Source of the DNA: Escherichia coli 042 | Lineage (GTDB): Bacteria > Pseudomonadota > Gammaproteobacteria > Enterobacterales > Enterobacteriaceae | Strand: one strand, 5' to 3' | NCBI RefSeq assembly: GCF_000027125.1 | Contig: NC_017626.1 | Length of the DNA stretch: 64,000 bases | Shown: piece by piece, positions 34,680 through 42,701 of the stretch | How positions within the stretch are numbered: the first letter of the stretch is position 1 | How the letters are laid out: each line of letters opens with the position of its first letter | Notes under the pieces: model-generated | Told to the model about the DNA's origin: nothing | The model's input: only the letters and a program-made list of their open reading frames with translations | The model's database searches: none | Translations under genes and position numbers: made by a program

Positions 34680-35432
34680 TTATCTCGTCACCTTCCTCAA
34701 TTGCGCTTCCGCGTATGCTTCTTCCTGCCAGCACTTTGTTACCAGTTTACCAATGACGTCCGCATACCCCTTATACCACTGATAATCGGTCAGGTCTGGT
34801 ACCAGCTTCTGGACATGACGTCGTGCCAGCGTGGTCGGTAAACGACTAAACCGGTTTCCATTACAACGCCCACAAATCTTATATACCGGTACGCCATGAA
34901 ACCGGGTTCTTTTTTCATCCAGAACAATCCCTTTACCCTTACACCCTCTGCACGCTGTGCTGGCTTCGCCCTTACCATGGCAATGCTGACATAGTTCCTT
35001 CACCCATTCTTCCTTGATTACAGATTCCCCGCGTCTGTAGTGTTTCACCACTTCGCGCAATACATTATAAAATCCCGTACCTGAACAATGCTCACAGCGA
35101 GCCTTACTTGCCGCAGACCTGGAGTAATCAGCAAAGGCAAAACTCACGAGGTAAGGAATAATCTGTAACCGGATTTCTTCACTCAATTTGTTCAATGTCG
35201 GGTTATCCAGTGCCATCGCGTAATTTAGCAGGCCTTCAATCGCAAACTGAGGGTCCTGAACACCAACTTTTGCCAGAAATAAGGCCAACCCAAGTGGTGC
35301 TTTCGACTGCACCATCCCCTGCGCTGCCATTACATCCGTAATTGTTAAACAACCGGTGCCTGTCGCTGGAGCGTCATCGCTCAATTTTGGAGATTTTGGG
35401 GAGTAATATTTTGGTAAGGCTTCAAGGTTCAT
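34680..35432 (-). CDS. quuQ: late-gene antiterminator Q homologue
   Basis: 250 aa from MNLEALPKYYSPKSPKLSDDAPATGTGCLTITDVMAAQG.. with multiple CxxC zinc motifs. Recalled QuuQ (YdfT). Confidence 0.88.
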   Translation of the reverse strand: MNLEALPKYYSPKSPKLSDDAPATGTGCLTITDVMAAQGMVQSKAPLGLALFLAKVGVQDPQFAIEGLLNYAMALDNPTLNKLSEEIRLQIIPYLVSFAFADYSRSAASKARCEHCSGTGFYNVLREVVKHYRRGESVIKEEWVKELCQHCHGKGEASTACRGCKGKGIVLDEKRTRFHGVPVYKICGRCNGNRFSRLPTTLARRHVQKLVPDLTDYQWYKGYADVIGKLVTKCWQEEAYAEAQLRKVTR

Positions 35433-35445
35433 GCTCGTTCTCCAC

Positions 35446-36495
35446 TTACGCCAGTACGCCAATTGCCAGCGCGCGATCGATAAAACGAAATATCAGCTCC
35501 AGTTGGGAGCCATACTTATCTTCAAATGCCACTGTATCCGTATGCAGCTCGTTGTGATGCTTTCTGCACAAAGGCAACACAAAGAGATCATGTGCTTTTG
35601 TTCCCATTCCGCCCTGCCCGTGACCAATCAGATGATGCGGATCGTCGGCTGGCATACCGCAGCAAGCACACGGCTGTGTCTTAACCCAACGTGTGTATTT
35701 CTCCTTAACCCAGCGGCGACGTTTAGGCAGCTTCATGAAAGATTCCGGAGACTCTGGATCAACGGTGATGCTTACCACCGTCTTTTCCTGTGGTGATTTT
35801 TGTTGCTGGTGGGCGTAAGGCAACGGTGCAAGATTTTTTGTGCGTTGTTTCAATATGCTGGTGGCGGTCTGCTCTCCCGGTACGATGTCGCTTTCGCGGT
35901 ACACCGAGCAGATTTTTTCCGCTGGTAATCCCAGCGAACGACGCGATACAGCCTCAGGTAGTGCATCCACCACCTGATTGCAGACCGCCCACCAGGATAA
36001 TTCAGCCAAAGATAATTCCCGCTCCTGCGTACCGCTTATTGCGTGACGGATGACGTCAATCACCCATGCTGTCAGATTTTGTTGAGCAAGCAGCTCCAGT
36101 GATTCCGATGTCTGGTCACGCAGTTGGTTGTCGCAGTGCCAGCACAACACCATTGCGCCGGTACCATAACGGTGAATGACTGTTTCAGTGTGATGGTAAT
36201 CGCCATTAGGCCACTGGCAGGATGTAACATGACGTAATAGCCAGTCGGACAATGCGCCAACGCCGCCAGCAGCACGAATCACCCGTTCGTTACTAAAAAA
36301 CGGCAGCAATGTTTTGTCTTCCGCCAGCGGCTGGCGAACGGCAGGAACGACTCCGGATGGCAGATTACGCATGCTTTTTGGTTCCGGTTCCACCAGCACT
36401 CGAGGATTATGAAATATCTGTATGGATTCACGGCCCGGCTTAAGGACCACCAGCCCAAGCTCAGGCACCAGAACAGGTCTAAGTAATACCCGCAC
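35446..36495 (-). CDS. ydfU: DUF968-family protein with C-terminal HNH-like motif
   Basis: 349 codons from a GTG preceded by GGAGG. ..CACCGMPADDPHHLIGHGQGGMGTKAHDLFVLPLCRKHHNELH.. Recalled YdfU. Confidence 0.85.
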   Translation of the reverse strand: MRVLLRPVLVPELGLVVLKPGRESIQIFHNPRVLVEPEPKSMRNLPSGVVPAVRQPLAEDKTLLPFFSNERVIRAAGGVGALSDWLLRHVTSCQWPNGDYHHTETVIHRYGTGAMVLCWHCDNQLRDQTSESLELLAQQNLTAWVIDVIRHAISGTQERELSLAELSWWAVCNQVVDALPEAVSRRSLGLPAEKICSVYRESDIVPGEQTATSILKQRTKNLAPLPYAHQQQKSPQEKTVVSITVDPESPESFMKLPKRRRWVKEKYTRWVKTQPCACCGMPADDPHHLIGHGQGGMGTKAHDLFVLPLCRKHHNELHTDTVAFEDKYGSQLELIFRFIDRALAIGVLA

Positions 36496-36496
36496 G

Positions 36497-36775
36497 TTAC
36501 CTCCAGATCCGTTGCTGGAAAGTGCGGGACGCACGTGGTGGGCGTTCGGAATAAGGCAGCCTGACAGAGATTATCCAGTGCCGATAGTCGAGACTGAGAG
36601 CTTTCTTAACCTCGAACCCGCGCCTGCGGTAAGAATGAATCAGCCATTCGGCCTGTTCTGCAGTGCATGGAGGGTGCTGGAACCATTCAGACTTGAATGC
36701 GTGAGAATACCGCCCGTGCGTGCAGGCAAGAACGGGCGAATTATCAGAATTGTAATATTTTGCGTTGCGTGCCAT
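36497..36775 (-). CDS. hypothetical prophage protein (92 aa), apparently translationally coupled to ydfU
   Basis: ATG preceded by GGAGA. Its stop is 1 nt from the ydfU GTG. No family recognised. Confidence 0.5.
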   Translation of the reverse strand: MARNAKYYNSDNSPVLACTHGRYSHAFKSEWFQHPPCTAEQAEWLIHSYRRRGFEVKKALSLDYRHWIISVRLPYSERPPRASRTFQQRIWR

Positions 36776-36841
36776 CGGTTTTCTCCGGTGGCACGGTGTT
36801 ACTCAGCGGGAGTTCAGCCCCGCGCAAGATTGTAGATGAGT

Positions 36842-37093
36842 TTATTCTCCTGAAAAAGCAGAAAAGCCAGCTTTTATTCCGATCTCTTTCAATGCCTGTA
36901 ATGAAGTGACAAACTCACCTTCGCGCAAGATAAATCCGTCCGTGACCCGAGCATCCACAAAATTAATTAACGCAGCCCCATTCTTTCGCAAACACATAAT
37001 GCGGTAATGACTAACAAGATTTCCATTTTCAACGCACACAGCATAGAGGCCATCTTCACAAAAAATTTTACGCAGTTCTTCGATGTTCATCAT
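36842..37093 (-). CDS. rem: prophage protein Rem (83 aa)
   Basis: MMNIEELRKIFCEDGLYAVCVENGNLVSHYRIMCLRKNGAALINFVD.., recalled K-12 Rem. Confidence 0.85.
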   Translation of the reverse strand: MMNIEELRKIFCEDGLYAVCVENGNLVSHYRIMCLRKNGAALINFVDARVTDGFILREGEFVTSLQALKEIGIKAGFSAFSGE

Positions 37094-37211
37094 CAGAATC
37101 CTTCCGGATAATTAGCTCTCCCCTTTAAGGGACCATCCCTCTTATCCCTGCGCGCTACTTAAGTATTTTTGATTCTATTCCGGCACCGTCCAGAACTTCA
37201 AACGCGTTGAA

Positions 37212-37241
37212 AATAAAAACAAAAACCCGCCGAAGCGGGTT
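37212..37241 (-). terminator. rho-independent terminator of the relBE-hokD operon
   Basis: On the minus strand, ACCCGCTTCGGCGGGT is followed by TTTTTGTTTTTATTTT. Confidence 0.7.
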
Positions 37242-37309
37242 AAGTGCGGGTGCGTTGAGGATGCCTGCCACATCAGAGGTGGCGAGGGATTTCTCCCCCG
37301 CCGGGTCTC

Positions 37310-37465
37310 TTACTCCTCAGGTTCGTAAGCTGTGAAGACAGCGACCTCCGTCTGGCCGGTTCGGATTCGTACCTCGCAGAGGTCTTTCCTCGTTACCAGT
37401 GCCGTCACTATGACGGTTAAACAGATGACGATCAGGGCGATTAACATCGCCTTTTGCTGCTTCAT
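37310..37465 (-). CDS. hokD: Hok-family membrane toxin HokD (RelF), 51 aa
   Basis: Hand translation gives MKQQKAMLIALIVICLTVIVTALVTRKDLCEVRIRTGQTEVAVFTAYEPEE*. Below the ORF-track cutoff. Recalled HokD. Confidence 0.9.
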   Translation of the reverse strand: MKQQKAMLIALIVICLTVIVTALVTRKDLCEVRIRTGQTEVAVFTAYEPEE

Positions 37466-37536
37466 AGCCTGCTTCTCCTGTCAACGCAAAGCAGAAGTGT
37501 CACCTTCGGTGCGAAACAGAGATGTCATGCTTTGGT

Positions 37537-37824
37537 TCAGAGAATGCGTTTGACCGCCTCGCTATATACTTCCGAGCGTTCTCTTTTCCCAACAGAAATC
37601 ACGAAAACGACAACTTTCTCGTCTATAACCTGGTATACAAGGCGATAGCCTGAAGACCGGAGCTTAATCTTGTAACAATCAGGCATACCACGGAGCTTGT
37701 TTGCTTCAATCCGGGGTGACTCAAGTACTTCAACCAGCTTCTTTTTCAACTGTTCACGTACCGTCGAGCCCAGCTTTCGCCATTCCTTTAGTGCCCGCTC
37801 GTCAAAATCCAGAAAATACGCCAT
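37537..37824 (-). CDS. relE: RelE mRNA interferase toxin
   Basis: 95 aa, MAYFLDFDERALKEWRKLGSTVREQLKKKLVEVLESPRIEANKLRG.., recalled RelE. Confidence 0.95.
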   Translation of the reverse strand: MAYFLDFDERALKEWRKLGSTVREQLKKKLVEVLESPRIEANKLRGMPDCYKIKLRSSGYRLVYQVIDEKVVVFVISVGKRERSEVYSEAVKRIL

Positions 37825-38063
37825 CAGAGTTCATCCAGCGTCACACGTACTGGCTTAGGATTACGAAGCCGTTCTTTCACTATCTCCACAAGTTCAGCAT
37901 CTTCATCACTCAGGAGTGTCTGTTTGAACGGCAAGCGTTCATTGTCAGCGATATACTCGAGCATGAGACGAAGCGCTTCAGAAGGAGTTACACCCATTTT
38001 TTCAAGCGCGGCGTAAGAACGCGCTTTAAGTTCATCGTCAATACGCAGGTTAATGCTACCCAT
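37824..38063 (-). CDS. relB: RelB antitoxin
   Basis: 79 aa, MGSINLRIDDELKARSYAALEKMGVTPSEALRLMLEYIADNERLPFK.., recalled RelB. Its stop overlaps the relE start. Confidence 0.95.
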   Translation of the reverse strand: MGSINLRIDDELKARSYAALEKMGVTPSEALRLMLEYIADNERLPFKQTLLSDEDAELVEIVKERLRNPKPVRVTLDEL

Positions 38064-38074
38064 GTCTTACACCT

Positions 38075-38100
38075 CTTGTAATTACAAATGTCATTACAAG
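38075..38100 (-). promoter_or_regulatory. relO-like operator (palindromes around TTGTAAT/ATTACAA) in the relB promoter
   Basis: CTTGTAATTACAAATGTCATTACAAG contains the perfect palindrome TTGTAATTACAA plus outer inverted arms CTTGTAAT/ATTACAAG, 12 nt upstream of the relB ATG. Confidence 0.65.
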
Positions 38101-38393
38101 TATCGCACTACAACATGCTTAGGGCAAGTCACGAAGGAAGTCAGAAAGTAGTCGTAAGAACGGTGATCACTGTCCGCTTTGTGCCAGGAGCAGCCATTGC
38201 TAAGTCCATCCTGTATTGTGCAGGTCAGCTCGTTTTTAAAGAGTCCGGCCATCATCTTACTGGTACAGACACCATATACTTTGTGACGGTCAGGCTACAT
38301 ATGCACAACTCAACTTATTCATCTATTTTTTGCTTTAGCATGTCAGTGTTGCTTTCTCGTCGGCGGGTGAGCGGTGACCTGACCTGTCGATAA
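38088..38393 (+). CDS. ydfV: uncertain ORF corresponding to K-12 ydfV (101 aa)
   Basis: The ORF length and position match the K-12 annotation as I recall it. There is no recognisable domain, and the start lies inside the relB operator. Confidence 0.3.
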   Translation: MSLQVSHYNMLRASHEGSQKVVVRTVITVRFVPGAAIAKSILYCAGQLVFKESGHHLTGTDTIYFVTVRLHMHNSTYSSIFCFSMSVLLSRRRVSGDLTCR

Positions 38394-38545
38394 AGGAACG
38401 TAACACGTTTTATGCAACACCCGCATGCGGCAGAAAATTATTGCCGAACGTTTACCCCTGTCAACAAGCTTTACTTTCTGAGGCGCGCCAGCCCGCGAGG
38501 AAAACAATCTGAACATCAAACAATTAATGACACAAGAAATACGAT

Positions 38546-38572
38546 TAAAGATTTTTTTGTGCATGCCGATAG
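38546..38572 (+). promoter_or_regulatory. sigma-28 (FliA) class-3 promoter of flxA
   Basis: TAAAGATT-N11-GCCGATAG compared with the consensus TAAAGTTT-N11-GCCGATAA. Located 24 nt upstream of the flxA ATG. Confidence 0.7.
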
Positions 38573-38595
38573 TGCTTTTTTAAAAGGAGAAATCT

Positions 38596-38928
38596 ATGTC
38601 TGTCACAATTCAGGGAAATACCTCAACCGTTATTTCAAACAACTCCGCCCCGGAAGGAACATCAGAAATAGCCAAAATCACAAGACAAATTCAGGTGCTG
38701 ACTGAAAAGCTTGGGAAAATCTCATCGTAAGAGGGGATGACGACACAGCAGAAAAAAGAAATGGCTGCATTGGTACAGAAGCAAATTGAAAGCCTCTGGG
38801 CTCAACTGGAGCAGTTGTTAAGGCAGCAGGCAGAGAAAAAGAATGAAGACGCGACAGTTCAGCCTGATAAAAAAGAAGAGAAAAAAGACGATACAAATAC
38901 CGCTGGCACCATTGATATTTACGTCTAA
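38596..38928 (+). pseudogene. flxA: FlxA with an in-frame TAA at codon 45
   Basis: MSVTIQGNTSTVISNNSAPEGTSEIAKITRQIQVLTEKLGKISS*EGMTTQQKKEMAALVQKQIESLWAQLE..TIDIYV*. One frame of 111 codons with a single internal stop at 38728-38730. Confidence 0.8.
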
Positions 38929-38942
38929 GTGACAGCCGTATT

Positions 38943-38965
38943 GTGGCCCTCATCGGGCCACTTTT
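38943..38965 (+). terminator. rho-independent terminator after flxA
   Basis: GTGGCCC-TCATC-GGGCCAC followed by TTTT. Confidence 0.7.
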
Positions 38966-39252
38966 CGCCATCAGCCTTTTCTTTAAAGACATATTATCTT
39001 TGTATCATTTCTGATAGTTAACATTACAAGATATAAGTAATGGACGCACTCCCAATTAGTCTATTTAAATCGCCACGAGTTTAACTGACAACCCATGATC
39101 AATTATGAATTGCAACTATTTCTGTAGTCACTTTTGTGGGGACAGTCCACAAAACTGCCAACTTCCGCTTCTTGCTCTTAGCGGACATTAGCATAGGCTA
39201 TTTACCATAACGCCTCATTACGCGCACCGCCCAGACTGACTCAGCGCGTTTC

Positions 39253-40738
39253 TGGCATATCCCCGGTAAAACAAGTAACAAACCACCCGAAAATGAACAC
39301 CAGAAACGCGACTTAAGAATCTACCCTATGAATGGATATGCACTCAACCGAATCGATCTTGGTTTCAATCTTTTTTATCGGGATCAGGCTTCTTTTTAGG
39401 TAACTTCGGGGGCTTAACTTGCTGATGACTTTGCGTTCGGCGCGTAAGCCAGGGATGGTCAGCTTTAGGTTTAACATAGTATTTTGAGCGTAAATCAATA
39501 CGGGCATTATCCACTCGTTCATGGACACTCTTTTCATCATCCAGTGGTATAGGCTCCGGGCCATCAACATACTTTTCCCAGCCCAGCGCTTTCCCGTCAT
39601 ACAGAACGTTAATTTCACCGTCAAAGTTCTCGCATACAGTAACAACCGAATGCCTAAGTCGATATCCCCGGCCCTCACTGCGTACCTGAAACGCACTGCT
39701 TTTGTACTGGAAAGTGAGATTTTTAGACAGAACGCGCTTCGCCTGTAGGCTGAAGATATAACCCAGTTCCTCTTCAGAATGGTGCACATCAAGATGAGCA
39801 TTATCAGTAGTACGAGGCGACGTAGCGAACCGGTTGTTATAGGCTTCAATAAAGGTCGGCAACCATGCATTTGCTGTTTCAATATCACTGATATTCTGAA
39901 GCCGCATTTCTTTGACCAGCCTGTCCTGTAGTGTCTGATTGGCGCGCTCTACCCGCCCTTTTGCCTGCGGGCTGTTGGCATGGATTGGCTCGATGCCCAG
40001 TGTCTTTATCGCACGAGTGAACTGGGTCAGCTCACCTTCCCGCTCTGGGTTATTTACCCTGAATATACTGTGTCTATCAGAGTAGAGAGCGAGCGGTACG
40101 CCATGATCATTAAGGTAACCCCGGAGGGTTTCCATGTAAGCCCGGGTTGTTTCAGCAGGCACAAAACGCAACGCCATCAACGCACTGGTGGCATCATCAA
40201 TGAAAACGATCAGTGTACATCTGGGGCCTCGATTTTCAAACCAGTCATGAGGTGAGCCATCAATCTGGATCAGTTCACCGTAAGATGGTCGTCGCATGCG
40301 GCGTTGATATATACGGGCAATTTTACGACGGCGTTCACGCCATAACCCCTCTTCTACCATCCACTTTCTGAGAGTTTCAACGGATAAAGATAAACCGTGT
40401 ATCTCGCGCAATTTTTCGCACGCAAACGTAGGTCCAAAATCAGCGTAACGGCCTTTGAGGAGTGAAATTACTGTTGCTCTGAATTCAGTAGAAAAGGAAT
40501 TATTAGGACGCTTTCCACGTCGGTGGGAAACCAGACCAGAAGGCCCTTCATTTCTATACCGTTGCACCAGACGTTTAACCTGCCGAATAGAAATGCCAAT
40601 GCGTGCCGCAGCTTGTTCCTGAATAATCTGAAGTCGGTGGAGTTCCTTATGACTCATCGTAACAGTCTCTTTGATCATGAAAAATCCCCCAGAGAATTGT
40701 CTGGGGACATTTTAGAATGGTTCAAAGGGGACATTACA
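39253..40738 (-). mobile_element. insertion sequence (about 1.5 kb) with a single DDE transposase; ends tentative
   Basis: A 437-aa transposase fills the element. A candidate imperfect terminal inverted repeat pairs TGGCATATCCCCGGTAAAAC.. (39253-) with the complement of ..GGGGACATTACA (-40738), about 16/24 matches. No clear target duplication found. Confidence 0.5.
39365..40678 (-). CDS. DDE transposase (N-terminal HTH plus rve/integrase core); resembles ISNCY-type transposases
   Basis: 437-aa ORF (alternative start at MSHKELHRLQIIQ.., 40657). Catalytic candidates are LIQIDGSPHDW, ALYSDRHSIF and KGRVERANQTLQ. The family call is from memory only. Confidence 0.8.
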   Translation of the reverse strand: MIKETVTMSHKELHRLQIIQEQAAARIGISIRQVKRLVQRYRNEGPSGLVSHRRGKRPNNSFSTEFRATVISLLKGRYADFGPTFACEKLREIHGLSLSVETLRKWMVEEGLWRERRRKIARIYQRRMRRPSYGELIQIDGSPHDWFENRGPRCTLIVFIDDATSALMALRFVPAETTRAYMETLRGYLNDHGVPLALYSDRHSIFRVNNPEREGELTQFTRAIKTLGIEPIHANSPQAKGRVERANQTLQDRLVKEMRLQNISDIETANAWLPTFIEAYNNRFATSPRTTDNAHLDVHHSEEELGYIFSLQAKRVLSKNLTFQYKSSAFQVRSEGRGYRLRHSVVTVCENFDGEINVLYDGKALGWEKYVDGPEPIPLDDEKSVHERVDNARIDLRSKYYVKPKADHPWLTRRTQSHQQVKPPKLPKKKPDPDKKD

Positions 40739-41012
40739 GCTTGGTGTTAACAATAGCCTGCTTCTCCGTGCCTTTCGGCACGTAAGAGGCTAACCTACAT
40801 GTGTCTAGCATGAAATTGGCCTCAGATTAATGTTAAGCGTCTTGCAGGACGCGTAATGTTAACTGGGGCTTTTCTCTATCTGCCGTTGGTGTCCATGCCC
40901 GAGGCAGATAGCCTCAAGCACCCGCAGTCATTCTACTTAACTAAGATTTCCCCGCAAACCGTTTTTGTCCAGCACAGTAAATATCCAACTAAACCAATGG
41001 AGTTCGCTGTAT

Positions 41013-41192
41013 TTACCGCCAGTATTCAATGCACATGACCGCCATGAACACCCCTAAAAAAAGGGCATTTATATATCCAAATATTAATATCAAAACATCA
41101 ACTTTTTCCATATACCTTGCTGTGAAGATGATGGGCATACATGATGCGAACAACCAGAACGCAACAAACAAAAACTGCAATGCGTTTTTCAT
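41013..41192 (-). CDS. 59-aa two-TM small membrane protein (MKNALQFLFVAFWLFASCMPIIFTARYMEKVDVLILIFGYINALFLGVFMAVMCIEYWR)
   Basis: ATG preceded by TAGGAGGAATA. Two hydrophobic helices. No family recognised. Confidence 0.5.
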   Translation of the reverse strand: MKNALQFLFVAFWLFASCMPIIFTARYMEKVDVLILIFGYINALFLGVFMAVMCIEYWR

Positions 41193-41446
41193 TATTCCTC
41201 CTACAATCAATGTGCAATTACATTTAAACACACCTCAATTTGGCCGGACATATAAATATCTAAACCAGAAAAAATCACTTACATAGCGTTACAAACTCTT
41301 TAGTCTAAAGGTTCATCGTAAAACATTCCCCATACTTATCAGTCCGTTCCGCGCCAGGTAGCTCATTGCCTTATCTGGCAACCTGTAATCAGGTTTCCGC
41401 TTTTTCAGTTGGCTGGTCGTTTAACCGACATAGTTAATCCATTAAT

Positions 41447-41734
41447 CTAGTTGCCGGATGTTGGTGGATTTTCGCGTTTTAGTTGTTCATAAAAGTGCAC
41501 AGCTTTAACCAGTTCTTCTGATGTAACTGGGACTGGTGAGGCAGTGAATAAGGCCTGAATTTGATAGTTCGGCCTGTCGTTACAATCCTCTTTTTTCGGT
41601 ACATATTTCCAGTCACCAGACCACTACTTCCCCTGAAAGTCCGTAACGCCTTTTTTCACGTAGCGATATCGCCATGCCACTGGTTTTGCTTGCCCCGCCG
41701 TTTCATGCCCTTCCTGATAATTAATCTCGCTCAT
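41447..41734 (-). pseudogene. small early-region phage gene (95 codons) interrupted by an in-frame TAG at codon 37
   Basis: MSEINYQEGHETAGQAKPVAWRYRYVKKGVTDFQGK*WSGDWKYVPKKEDCNDRPNYQIQALFTASPVPVTSEELVKAVHFYEQLKRENPPTSGN*. Its start overlaps the upstream stop (ATGA). TAG at 41624-41626. Confidence 0.65.
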
Positions 41735-41922
41735 TCATCGCCCCACTCATCACAATATGCTTCGACCGGAGTTTTTCCCGCTTCATAGTCATCACGCTAG
41801 GATTCGACATCAGCAGCACTTCCACCGCGTAACTCACCATAGTCCATTAATAGTTCATCCCGCTCTTCAAAACTGATGTTATATTTAGCTGAACAAAAAT
41901 CAGCCACTTTGTTCTTCCTCAT
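41731..41922 (-). pseudogene. small early-region phage gene (63 codons) interrupted by an in-frame TAG at codon 42
   Basis: MRKNKVADFCSAKYNISFEERDELLMDYGELRGGSAADVES*RDDYEAGKTPVEAYCDEWGDE*. TAG at 41797-41799. The downstream gene starts at the ATGA overlap with its final stop. Confidence 0.65.
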
Positions 41923-41971
41923 CGTCTTTTATTTCGTGGTATGAGTAATTGCAGTAGTTAAAGAAAATTTC

Positions 41972-42082
41972 TTATGCTCCGTCATGAATTTCCTCAGGTG
42001 TTGCGTCATCGTCCACTTCGAATACATCCTCAAAATCTCCACCAGCTATTCCCGTTTCAATAATAATTTTGAACTTTCGCAT
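41972..42082 (-). CDS. 36-aa acidic small ORF (MRKFKIIIETGIAGGDFEDVFEVDDDATPEEIHDGA); possibly the 5' part of a longer gene cut by a TAA
   Basis: Hand translation. The same frame continues 23 codons past the TAA (EIFFNYCNYSYHEIKDDEEEQSG*) to 41900, where it would overlap the next gene start. Confidence 0.4.
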   Translation of the reverse strand: MRKFKIIIETGIAGGDFEDVFEVDDDATPEEIHDGA

Positions 42083-42211
42083 TTCACTACCGCCCTTTCG
42101 GGCGGCCTCCTGATGTTCTGAGGGTGCAGAAATCCATCCGGTTAAGGATTAAATTTTATTTACAGAACTGAATTTAATTATTCAGATATACGTATCTGTA
42201 GCCTTACGAAT

Positions 42212-42701
42212 CTACTCACTGGATGCCTCTTTCATAAAAATAATCCAGTGGGTTTTATCGTTTTTTCCCTGTTCGTTGACAGATAACAGGTTTTCTGTCT
42301 GTCAGTGCCAGAATCTGGCTTACCGGTATTTGCGTTTCATTCCATTAAAAAATCAGAACGCCGTGCGGCCTCAACACCCGAAAGGCTTCTTTAAATCTCT
42401 GTCGCGAATCATCACGCCAGGCATCTTTATTCAGCCGTCCATATTTCTTTCCCATCCAGGCGTTATCACCAACACTCTCAAGATGCGGAGGGTCTAATAC
42501 AACCATCGAAAAAGATGCGTCTGCAAATGATAATGCACGAAAATCTGCGATAATGTCAGGGCTGATAATCAAGCGTCTCCCATTGCGTAATGTGTATCCT
42601 TCTTTTCTGATATCGCTGAATATCGCCCGTTCGTCAGACTTATCGAACCAGAACATGCGGCTGCCACAGCACATATCAAGAATGGTTGCCGGTGCACTCA
42701 C
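42212..42701 (-). pseudogene. SAM-dependent (DNA) methyltransferase-like gene with a TAA nonsense codon and a homopolymer frameshift
   Basis: 118-aa ORF with motif I-like LDMCCGSRMF and motif IV DPPH. It ends ..HGVLIF-TAA, then the frame continues WNETQIPVSQILALTD... A T6/A6 run at 42261-42266 separates it from a +1 frame ending ..KTHWIIFMKEASSE*. Confidence 0.7.

Noticed and set aside
39132-39180. Hairpin TTTTGTGG-GGACAGT-CCACAAAA followed by TGCTCTTAG (boxA-like); considered as a nut site
   Set aside because: The order is reversed (the hairpin precedes the boxA-like element). There is no known rightward early transcript here, and the boxA match is short.
39313-39888. 191-aa minus-strand ORF overlapping the transposase 3' half in another frame
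   Set aside because: The transposase frame carries the DDE motifs. The alternative frame has no features and extends beyond the probable IS coding region only by chance.
39205-40856. Short inverted matches AGGCTATT/AATAGCCT (39205/40752) and CATTACGCG/CGCGTAATG (39225/40846), considered as IS terminal repeats
   Set aside because: Their relative order is inconsistent with a single pair of terminal inverted repeats. Each match is only 8-9 bp, so it is plausibly chance.
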